From Macrostomum lignano (Eukaryota): DNA of 64,000 nucleotides. The notes under the pieces were generated by a model. It did not search any database. It saw nothing but the letters and a program-made list of their open reading frames with translations, and was not told where the DNA came from. Below are positions 1-8,969 of the stretch, one piece after another (positions within the stretch are counted from its first letter, which is position 1; each line of letters starts with the position of its first letter). The DNA lies in contig NIVC01002918.1 in assembly GCA_002269645.1 (NCBI GenBank), forward strand, positions 62,001 to 126,000, read 5' to 3'. A program made the position numbers and the translations under genes.

Positions 1-1740
1 CCGGCAGCCGAGGCTGCCTTTGCCGAAGTAAAAGCATGTCTTGCCTCCGAGCCGTGTGTCAAGCCATACGACATCAATGCGCCAGTCTGCCTTCGTGTTG
101 ATGCTAGTGAAAAATCTGTAGGCGCTGTTCTGACTCAAGCAGGTCACCCGGTGATGTACCTATCGAGGATGCTCACCTCCGCGGAGTCCAACTACTCTAA
201 CATTGAAAGGGAGCGCTAGCCGTAGTTTGGGCAGTTGAGCGAGCGAAGAAAATGTTGATCGGGAAAAAAATTATCTTGCAAACGGACCATGAGCCTCTGA
301 GATTTATTTTCAACCCGAGCAAAAGCCTGTCAAAAACAGCATCAGCTAGGCTGACTAGATGGGCCTTGAGACTGTGTGCATTCGATTACTCTGTGAAATA
401 CATTCCAGGAAAGCAGCTACTGGACGCTGATGCCTTGTCAAGGCTCAACTACACTGCAGAAGTCGACGAGGACACGGTGCATCAAGCGGATTCAGTGCTG
501 AGCGCAGATGACTGCGGCGCGTCTGGGCTGGTGACTCGGCAGGAGCTCCGGGAAGCTACCCTGAACTGCTCGGTGCTGAAGAGACTGCAACAGAGAATCC
601 GAACCGGGCGTTGGGGTCAGGTTTCCCAGGTTGAGCGACCCTTTAAAGCCTGTAGAACTTCCCTGTCGACTGATAACGGCTTGGTGATCCATGGAACTCG
701 AGTGGTACCTCCAGCAGTGCTTCGTCGGCGGATTCTGGAAGCGGCTCATGATGAAGTGCATCCTAGCTTTGAAAACACTAAGGCCCACATCTGCAAGGAA
801 TTCTGGTGGCCTGGATTGGATCGAGATGTGCGACAGTATGTGGAGAGATGCCGGACATGCGCTGAGTCCCGCCCACTGTCTAATCGCAAAATCGACATTT
901 GGCCACCGGAGACAACTCCATGGAACCTCGTCCACATGGACCACTGCGAAGTCTCGGGAGTCGGCCTGCTGCTGCTACTGTCGGACGCTTACTCAGGCTG
1001 GCCTGAAGCCATTCCTGTTCCGGACAAGTCGACGGACACTGTCGAGAGTCCTGAGAGCTGTCTTTGCTCGCAACGGTGTGCCGCAAACCTTGGTATCCGA
1101 CAACGCACCAGAGTTTAAATCGACCCGACTGTCTCAGTGGCTGAACTCAATCGGCTGCAGGGAGGTCCACACTCCGCCATACCACCCGGCATCAAACGGA
1201 CAGGCTGAACGGCTCGTAAGGAGCCTGTAGGACGGCCTGAGAACCTGGAACCGAGTTGTCCCATTTCAACAATTCCTGCAGAAGCTGCTCCTGACCGTGA
1301 GGACTGGCCGGCCGAGTGGATCTAGACCAGCGTCACCGGACATCATGATGCGGGGGAGGAGGCTGCGTCATCCTCTATCAATGCCTGAACAAGTCGGAGA
1401 TGCTATCTAGCTTCGGATGCGCCCAGAGACCGGACCCGTCAAGGCTAAGTTCGTGGTTCAGCATGGCCAAAATACTGCTCTGGTGACGCCAACTGATTTG
1501 CCGTCTGGAGGACTGCGTCTGGCCCACCGCAACCAATGGAGCGACTGTTGGTTCTTGAGGCACAGACACTATAACACCAATTTTGATGTAGCCTATAGCT
1601 AACTCGGTAATTTCTTAAGTGCTCCAGTTGAGCAGCTCTTACTATCACTTTTATTTATTGTGGCCTTAGAACGAGGCACCGCTCATTCAAGTTGTACTGT
1701 AATGCTAGTGGCGGTCATGCCATAGATAAAAGCCTATATC
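1..1740 (+). pseudogene. Ty3/Gypsy LTR retrotransposon pol, 3' part (RNase H + integrase), disrupted
   Basis: RNase H motifs (LRVDASEKSVGAVL, YSNIERE, QTDHEPL), integrase HHCC (HDEVH...CRTC) and DDE (HMDH, VSDNAPEF, NGQAERLV). These are split across frames near 215 and 1045, with a stop at 1228-1230. Confidence 0.88.
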
Positions 1741-1936
1741 AAATTAAGACATCTAACAGCGACCGTCCAGAGCGACCGTCCAGAGCCTGAGCATCTGCAG
1801 CCCCCAGCTGGTACGCCCAAGATGGTCGTTCCGGAACCAGCTGACAAGCCGACGGTTCAGAATGACAGCGCGAATACTGGTGGGCCTTCCTATGAGCTCC
1901 AACCAAGACGTCCGGTCTGCTACAAGTGCTAATTTG

Positions 1937-2196
1937 ATGGGGGGGGTAGTGTTGGACTCTGACTGACTGATCATTTATGAACTTTGGGCTCTGGGGTCAG
2001 TGTTTGGGGTGGGTTTTGTCTGGTGAGGGTTTGCGTACTCTGTGTACATCGTTGCTCGTTCTCCATTCCCTCGTGCATGTCTTATCTCTGTCACCCATCC
2101 CAAAGCTATGCTGCGATGCTTATTAAATGTGTTCTGATCTAAGGTATACTTCAATAAACTTTTGTCACTACTGAGTGCTAAAGCTATTGACTTTCA
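1937..2196 (+). repeat. Polypurine tract and probable 3' LTR of the left Gypsy element (right end uncertain)
   Basis: G-run ATGGGGGGGGTAG immediately followed by TGTTGG at 1950, and AATAAA at ~2154. The partner LTR is outside the window. Confidence 0.5.
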
Positions 2197-2849
2197 GTTT
2201 CTAAATTCGCAAGTTTGGGACTGAATTTCCTATGCTTTTCGGTTGTTCAGGGACTGCTGAATTTGTCCTTGAGCTATGTGGCTGCGATTTGTAAGCAGCC
2301 AATTCGAAATTTCAGATTCAAATTTTCAGCTAGCTTAAAGTTTCCGACAATAAAAGGCTAAAAAACAGATTATTTTTCACAATATGAAAGTTCGATACTG
2401 ATTCGTTCTAGCACTACTTACAGTAGGCTTTCAAAAACACCAACCTGAGCTGCCTGAATGGCTACCGCTATTATTATTATCAACAGTGCGCTGGATTATT
2501 AGTAGAATATTCAGGTACAGAGAATATTGAAAGATAACAATTGCAAGAGGAGCTGTTCTTGTAGGTGTGAATTGCAGTTAAAATTTCGTGCACAGGCCCA
2601 GATATACGAGTTGCTCCTTGTCCTGGGTATACATGGAAGTTTAGCACCCAATGGCAGGAGTATATTAATCAGTGACTCAATGGTTCAGTTTTAATGTTAT
2701 TCTATTTTTGTTATGAAATGTGTTGCATTATTGCTAACCCTTGAACACCTGCTGTCAACTCGGATGAGCACAGCAAGCAGCTTCAGGCGGTCTGAGTCCT
2801 TCTGGAGGACTCAGAAGGACTCAGCGAAAAGAGGCTGACAGTGCACCAG

Positions 2850-3095
2850 GAGAAATGCCAGGCCGAGTTCCTGGGCCCTACGGGATTTCAGCTGGTGGAG
2901 TTCGACCGTCAAAGAGGTGATCCGCATCCCAGCGCAATGGGGATTAATGTGTCATTTCATCCCTGACTTTGCAAAGACAGCGAGACCACTGCGAGAGCTG
3001 TAGGACACCGCGCCTTCCTCTGGAAGAGCGAGTGCGACTCTGCCTTCGCCGAGCTCAAGCGACAGCTGGCTATCTACCGGTAGGCCTGCATCTAC
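2850..3095 (+). pseudogene. Short degenerate Ty3/Gypsy RT-connection fragment
   Basis: Translates in pieces to HFIPDFAKTARPLREL and FLWKSECDSAFAELKRQLA, typical of the RT/RNase H junction, with a stop and frameshifts. Confidence 0.55.
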
Positions 3096-3131
3096 CGATA
3101 CATCTACAGCCTAGGCTGCGCAGGGGTTTTT

Positions 3132-3137
3132 GGTGTT
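3132..3137 (+). other. Left target-site duplication GGTGTT
   Basis: Identical to 25552-25557; a 6-bp TSD is the Polinton hallmark. Confidence 0.95.
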
Positions 3138-3593
3138 AGTAGAAGGCATGAGGGGGCTTCTAGGACAAAATTTTTCACGTCCTCCATAATCCACCTAAAT
3201 CCATCCATATTATCCCTGACAGAATCAGAAAAAAAGGGGGGTCGCACTCGCTCACAAAACGTCCTCCATAATCCCATAAAATCCATCCATATTGTCCCCG
3301 ACAGAATCATGAAAAAAAGGGAGGGGTCGCACTTGCTCCGAAAACTTCGAACATAATCCCATTAAATCCATCCATATTATCCCTGACAGAATCAGAGCAG
3401 GTGTCCACTAACACCTGTTATGTTCACTGACACTGACATAATCCACTGACATCCACCCATAGCATCTTCGAAACAATCAGAAAATAATCTGCATTCTTCT
3501 CCCCACATTCAATTCGCAACATGAAACCAGATCCCTAAGACTTTAAATCATCAGCGCAGGGTCCTTACCCATTGAAAAAATCTAAATTTTTTC
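3138..3593 (+). repeat. Left terminal inverted repeat (~455 bp), with three internal ~115-bp sub-repeats
   Basis: Reverse complement of 25096-25551; the mismatches I found lie in the innermost ~90 bp. Confidence 0.95.
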
Positions 3594-3599
3594 TGAATC

Positions 3600-4905
3600 T
3601 TGATTGTCTTTTAATGCTTACGAAGCTTCGTAAATTGAAATTTTCTGTCGCTAAAAATATTCATTCTGAACTACTACTTCTACTAGCTCGTAGGAGTAGG
3701 TTAAAAATATATTTTAGCATTTTATGCTTTTTCATTAAAGAGTTTACAAAGCTTCGTAAATCGAAATTTTCTGTCGCTTAAAATTTTCATTCTGAACTAC
3801 TACTTCTATTAGCAGTAGTTTAAAAATATATTTTAGCATCTTACGCTTTTTCATTAAAGAGTTTACAAAGCTTCGTAAATCGAAATTTTCTGTCGCTAAA
3901 AATATTCATTCTGAACTACTACTTCTACTAGCTCGTAGGAGTAGGTTAAAAATATATTTTAGCATTTTATGCTTTTTCATTAAAGAGTTTACAAAGCTTC
4001 GTAAATCGAAATTTTCTGTCGCTTAAAATTTTCATTCTGAACTACTACTTCTATTAGCAGTAGTTTAAAAATATATTTTAGCATCTTACGCTTTTTCATT
4101 AAAGAGTTTACAAAGCTTCGTAAATCGAAATTTTCTGTCGCTAAAAATATTCATTCTGAACTACTACTTCTACTAGCTCGTAGGAGTAGGTTAAAAATAT
4201 ATTTTAGCATTTTATGCTTTTTCATTAAAGAGTTTACAAAGCTTCGTAAATCGAAATTTTCTGTCGCTTAAAATTTTCATTCTGAACTACTACTTCTATT
4301 AGCAGTAGTTTAAAAATATATTTTAGCATCTTACGCTTTTTCATTAAAGAGTTTACAAAGCTTCGTAAATCGAAATTTTCTGTCGCTAAAAATATTCATT
4401 CTGAACTACTACTTCTACTAGTAGTAGGTTAAAAATATATTTTAGCATTTTATGTTTTCTCATTAAAGAGTTTACGAAGCTTCGTTAGTTGAAATTTTCT
4501 GTCGCTTAGAATTTTCACTCTGAACTACTATTTTTACTAGCAGTATGTTAAAAATATATTTTAGCATTTTCTGCTTTTCACTCTGAACTACTACTTCTAT
4601 TAGCAGTAGGTTAAATATATATTTTTGCATTTTCTGTTTTCTCATTAAAGAGTTTACGAAGCTTCGTTAGTTGAAATTTTCTGTCGCTTAGAATTTTCAC
4701 TCTGAACTACTACTTTTACTAGCATTAGGTTAAAAATATATTTTAGCATTTTCTGCTTTTTCATTAAAGAGTTTACGAAGCTTTGTAAGTTGAAATTTTC
4801 TGTCGCTTAGAATTTTCACTCTGAACTACTACTTTTACTAGCATTAGGTTAAAAATATATTTTAGCATTTTCTGCTTTTTCATTAAAGAGTTTACGAAGC
4901 TTCGT
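3600..4905. repeat. Subterminal AT-rich tandem array, ~11 units of ~120-127 bp, alternating A/B variants in the first part
   Basis: Recurring GAAATTTTCTGTCGCT...CTACTACTTCTA...AAAGAGTTTAC.AAGCTTCG. Confidence 0.92.
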
Positions 4906-5212
4906 CAATTAGCAAAAAACCGGAATATGTTGATTCAGTTATCATTTATTTTAATAAGCAGGCTTTGAAGTTAGAAGAGGCTTAAAAATTACAACCATAG
5001 TGTATTTAGATTAGCGACTTTAAGTCCTATCAATGCTCAGTTGTTCAAAAGAGCTCAGTCATCCATAGCTGCTTGACCGTCTCCAACACCAGCAGGCTGG
5101 CCAGCTTCATCATCTGCAGCAAAAAGTTGAGTGGTAGTATTCACATTAGTACTATATTTTTATAAAAGAGAGGCAGTGGGGAGAGCGCAGTACACATATT
5201 GGTTCTACCAAT

Positions 5213-5775
5213 AATACACACGGTTTTTCCATTGTCCCACACATATTGGTGCTACCAATAATACACACGGTTTTTCCATTGTCCCACACATATTGGTTCT
5301 ACCAATAATACACACGGTTTTTCCATTGTCCCACACATATTGGTTCTACCAATAATACACACGGTTTTTCCATTGTCCCACACATATTGGTTCTACCAAT
5401 AATACACAAGGTTTTTCCACCACCTCACATATTGGTCCAGCTACAGTTGAGAAAATCTCCCCCCCACGTTCCACATTCCACACTGTCGCGTGCTTTTTTA
5501 CACAGCAAGCTCTGGCTATTTTTAGCACAAGACACACATATTGGGTGGGCCAATAATACACACGGTTTTTTCCTTCATTTCACACATATTGGGTGGGCCA
5601 ATAATACACACGGTTTTTTCCTTCATTTCACACATATTGGGTGGGCCAATAATACACACGATTTTTTCCTTCATTTCACACATATTGGGTGGGCCAATAA
5701 TACACAGTTTTTCCTTCATTTCACACATATTGGGTGGGCCAATAATACACACGGTTTTTTCCTTCATTTCACACA
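5213..5775. repeat. Two related 47-48 bp minisatellite blocks (5 units each) built on TATTGG-N5-CCAATA
   Basis: CACATATTGGTTCTACCAATAATACACACGGTTTTTCC x5, then CACATATTGGGTGGGCCAATAATACACACGGTTTTTTCC x5. Confidence 0.9.
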
Positions 5776-6491
5776 GATAACTCACAGTAAGCATCGAGAA
5801 GGCCCTGAAGTTCAGCCGCCGATGGAGGTCTTGTTGGGGGAGTCGGATCTAGCCAATCTGCTGCATCCGTTTGCCACCACCTTTCGCTCCGAATCGTCCT
5901 AGAGTTGTCATGCAGGAATGTAGCCGAAACAGAGCAAAAGCGGAGCCGTGGAAGCTCGGTCACCAGAGTATAGATGTTATGGCGGGATTGCACGTGGTAG
6001 TAACTCACGCTGAATAGTTCCGCCAGGCTTGTTAATGTCTGCTGATGCCTCGTAATAAATTGGTCATACACTTTTCCAAGAAAAAATGCTGCCACCCAAG
6101 TTCGCCGGTTGTAAATTTGGCCCTGCTTAACCAGGTTTTCATGCAGTTCCGGCACCCCATTGTCAACAGGACCTCGGTTTGTGATGTCGTTGCAGATGGC
6201 TTCTAACTCCCCCTCACTAATTACCTCTGCCTGAGCCGCTTGCTCGTTCTCATATTGAAGCGAACTTCGAAGTTTATGGAATACATCCGTGGCTCTTTCC
6301 TTCATCTTCCGTATTTTCATTTCTTCACTGACTCGCAGATGCCTTTCTTCATCTTCAGATAATCTTTCCCAGAGTTCTCGAACCATGTCTTTAACGTCAT
6401 CCTTATGCTCCTCAACAATAAATTGATCGATGGAATCGATAAAACCTGTGAGATCTTGCATGGTGATTCTGGCTGTAGTTGCATTAAACAT
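5769..6491 (-). CDS. Polinton hypothetical protein (240 aa, helical)
   Basis: Open ATG-initiated ORF with A-rich start context like the other element genes; no recognised motif. Confidence 0.65.
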   Translation of the reverse strand: MFNATTARITMQDLTGFIDSIDQFIVEEHKDDVKDMVRELWERLSEDEERHLRVSEEMKIRKMKERATDVFHKLRSSLQYENEQAAQAEVISEGELEAICNDITNRGPVDNGVPELHENLVKQGQIYNRRTWVAAFFLGKVYDQFITRHQQTLTSLAELFSVSYYHVQSRHNIYTLVTELPRLRFCSVSATFLHDNSRTIRSERWWQTDAADWLDPTPPTRPPSAAELQGLLDAYCELSV

Positions 6492-6619
6492 TTTGTCTAC
6501 AAATATATGAGTAGAGTGTTTTAAATAGTTTAGAATTAAAAAAGCAACTGAAAGTTACAGAAAAAGGTTTAGTAAGTCAGGATTTACTTACGAAGATACG
6601 ATGCGAATTCGAGCGTCTG

Positions 6620-6868
6620 CTAGAAACAAATTTCTCCTATTTCTTTCAGCAGTCTGCTTATTTCTTTATTAGAAGCATATAATACAAACCCCCCCCCCAC
6701 CACCCCCCCAAGGAGAAGCATGGTGGAAAGAGAGATTGTAACCGAAACCAGTGTGCTCAAGACTGTACACTTGTGTGGAGAGAAGAGAAGCGAAGGCCAG
6801 AAGGCCAGAAAACTTAACTCTTCTCCCAAACAGCCGCTAATCCAGCTGAATTTTCTTGCTTGAATCAT
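6620..6868 (-). CDS. Small hydrophobic ORF (82 aa) overlapping the PLA2 stop codon (ATGA)
   Basis: Its ATG overlaps the TGA of the upstream gene. Its C-terminus GGGFVLYASNKEISRLLKEIG resembles the PLA2 tail GAGFALHAPRKELGRLLKELG. Confidence 0.45.
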   Translation of the reverse strand: MIQARKFSWISGCLGEELSFLAFWPSLLFSPHKCTVLSTLVSVTISLSTMLLLGGVVGGGFVLYASNKEISRLLKEIGEICF

Positions 6869-7314
6869 TCTGCTTTCTCAACCCCCAGCTCTTTCAGCAG
6901 TCTTCCTAATTCTTTCCTTGGTGCGTGCAATGCAAAGCCCGCCCCCAAACAGCCGCCGACCCCCAACCCCAGTTTTGTCTTACTAAAAATAACAGCTTTA
7001 ACTAGCTTCCGAGCGATCGATTCCCTCCACCCGCTTGAAACCCCTATATTGTCTAGTCTCTTAAGCATTTCTTTGTCCCAACGATTCTTCTCCTCAGGAA
7101 AATCTCTATATTTAACGTCATGCCACATGCAGACAGAGTCTAGCTCGTTCACAGGCTCATGCCCAGGATTTGGATTATCGTTTGTATCTAACTGAATTTC
7201 AAGTGGATTCAAAGGCCCGCAATATTTGTACCCGGGAATGGTCCAGCCTTTGTTTGGATGAGGAAGCTTTTGTATCAGTCCATGTGAATCTAACTTACCA
7301 CCAGAGCGTTGCAT
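6865..7314 (-). CDS. Parvovirus VP1u-type phospholipase A2 (PLA2X-like entry protein)
   Basis: Ca-binding loop PGYKYCGPLN and catalytic helix ELDSVCMWHDVKY (HDxxY). Confidence 0.88.
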   Translation of the reverse strand: MQRSGGKLDSHGLIQKLPHPNKGWTIPGYKYCGPLNPLEIQLDTNDNPNPGHEPVNELDSVCMWHDVKYRDFPEEKNRWDKEMLKRLDNIGVSSGWRESIARKLVKAVIFSKTKLGLGVGGCLGAGFALHAPRKELGRLLKELGVEKAE

Positions 7315-7344
7315 TATTTTATTTTAAATTTTCTTTTTAAAAAA

Positions 7345-8382
7345 ATGACAGATCAGAAACTTAAAAAACTCTACTACAGCGACAAAGGATTCTTTGTAGG
7401 AAAAAATGCAGTCACCAAACTCGCAGAACTAAGTAAGGAACCAAAAGCTACAGTAGAAAAGTGGCTCTCTAAGCAAGCAGTCTACCAAGTCTATTTCCCA
7501 CCAGTAAAATTTGAAAGGCCCCATTTCAGTATTTATAAACCTAATGAGGCGCACCAAGCAGATCTTCTGTTTCTCCCCAATGACTCGGGCTACAAGTATG
7601 CTCTCACAATTACAGATGTTGCCTCCAGATATAAGGAAGCGAGACCGCTTAAGACGAAGAAGTCAGAAGCAGTTGCAGCCGCCCTCCAAGATATTTATAA
7701 AAACTCACCCCTTAGCTACCCTGAAACCTTTATGACTGATCCTGGCAAAGAATTCATGGGTGCAGTGAAATCACTTCTACATAAGCATGACACAGAGATT
7801 CGCTATGGCAGAACAAACTTGCACAGAGATCAGGCTTTTGTGGAAAGATTCAATCTAACTCTAGCCAAGAGGCTATTCACTAAGCAGACAGCAGAGGAGC
7901 TGAAACTAAAAAGTGGCCAATACTATACCAAGTGGACAGACCGGCTCCCCACTGTTATAGAGCAACTGAACAATGAAGTCACGCGCATGACTGAATTGAA
8001 ACCGTCCCATGCAATTAAACAAGACACTGTCGAACTTAAGTCATCTCATAAAACAGACAACAACACGACAACCCCACACAACACACACAACACAAAACAC
8101 ACCTCAAACTACCCTAAGCTTCCAGGAGTTGAATCACCATACATACTGACAAACTCTGAGTTTCTACGCTTTTTATATCTACCTGGAGAGCTAGAGAAAG
8201 ACACTAAAAGAAGAGCTACAGATCCATACTTCAGCCTTGATGTACATAAAATAGACAGACATTTTACCTCCGACTCTGGTGACTATTACTTTTTATCTCA
8301 GGCCTTTAACCCTAAATCCCCCACACGGTCATTCACTAGAGCTGAACTCCTAGTGATACCGGCTGACACGGAAATTAATTAA
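7345..8382 (+). CDS. INT: Retroviral-like DDE integrase
   Basis: HQADLLFL, FMTDPGKEF and QAFVERFN triad. ATG at 7345 in AAAAAATG context (the ORF track starts at a TTG). Confidence 0.95.
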   Translation: MTDQKLKKLYYSDKGFFVGKNAVTKLAELSKEPKATVEKWLSKQAVYQVYFPPVKFERPHFSIYKPNEAHQADLLFLPNDSGYKYALTITDVASRYKEARPLKTKKSEAVAAALQDIYKNSPLSYPETFMTDPGKEFMGAVKSLLHKHDTEIRYGRTNLHRDQAFVERFNLTLAKRLFTKQTAEELKLKSGQYYTKWTDRLPTVIEQLNNEVTRMTELKPSHAIKQDTVELKSSHKTDNNTTTPHNTHNTKHTSNYPKLPGVESPYILTNSEFLRFLYLPGELEKDTKRRATDPYFSLDVHKIDRHFTSDSGDYYFLSQAFNPKSPTRSFTRAELLVIPADTEIN

Positions 8383-8398
8383 AATATTAAAATAAAAA

Positions 8399-8845
8399 AT
8401 GACAAAGATTGAAACCAGAACCATCAATAAACTCAATAAAATCATTGAATCAAAGAAACCAGGTCTTATATCAATTAAAGGTGTCAAAGTAAAAATCGAT
8501 CCCACGCAGCAAATAGTTGAGTGTAATGAGCAAAGACACAGCATAACAGATGAAAAGTCAGGAGGAATCCTACCATTAGCAGCTCTTATTCCGATCATTG
8601 CAGGCGCTGTAAGTGCCGCAGGTGGTGTAGCTGGAGGTGTAGCAACTGCTGTTAAAGCTGGGAATGATAGAGCCCACCAGCTAGAATTGCAAAAGATTGC
8701 AAGAGACAAAGGTATAACAATTAAGGCAGGAGAGGGCTGCCCCGATCGTGATGATTGTGAGCATGAAAATTCTGTAAGCAAGTCTGACATTGTCAAAGCC
8801 ATCATGACACTGCACAATGCTGGGTTTACAATAATGCGGATGTGA
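8399..8845 (+). CDS. Adenovirus pX/pre-Mu-like core or membrane protein (148 aa)
   Basis: SGG-ILPLAALIPIIAGAVSAAGGVA resembles the adenovirus pX C-terminus RGG-ILPLLIPLIAAAIGAVPGIA. Confidence 0.65.
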   Translation: MTKIETRTINKLNKIIESKKPGLISIKGVKVKIDPTQQIVECNEQRHSITDEKSGGILPLAALIPIIAGAVSAAGGVAGGVATAVKAGNDRAHQLELQKIARDKGITIKAGEGCPDRDDCEHENSVSKSDIVKAIMTLHNAGFTIMRM

Positions 8846-8969
8846 TGAGGTTTAAAATCCCACTTTATCCAGCTTCATAAACCTAACGCTACTTATAGTA
8901 TGTAGAAACAGTTCAACTTTTCTATCAGGGTGGTCACCCTCAAAATTTTTTTTTATTTTAGAGAAAAAA

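Noticed and set aside
1950-2200. Left and right Gypsy pieces as two ends of one giant element spanning the window
   Set aside because: The LTR sequences are unrelated, and the order (pol end first, gag start last) indicates two separate elements.
3104-3310. Mirror-image 68-71 aa ORFs in the two TIRs (also 25333-25594)
   Set aside because: They cross the element boundary into unrelated flanks and exist twice only because of the TIR.
5040-5190. Possible short acidic ORF on the minus strand between the Polinton arrays
   Set aside because: The nearest ATG is followed immediately by TGA; it is too short to support.
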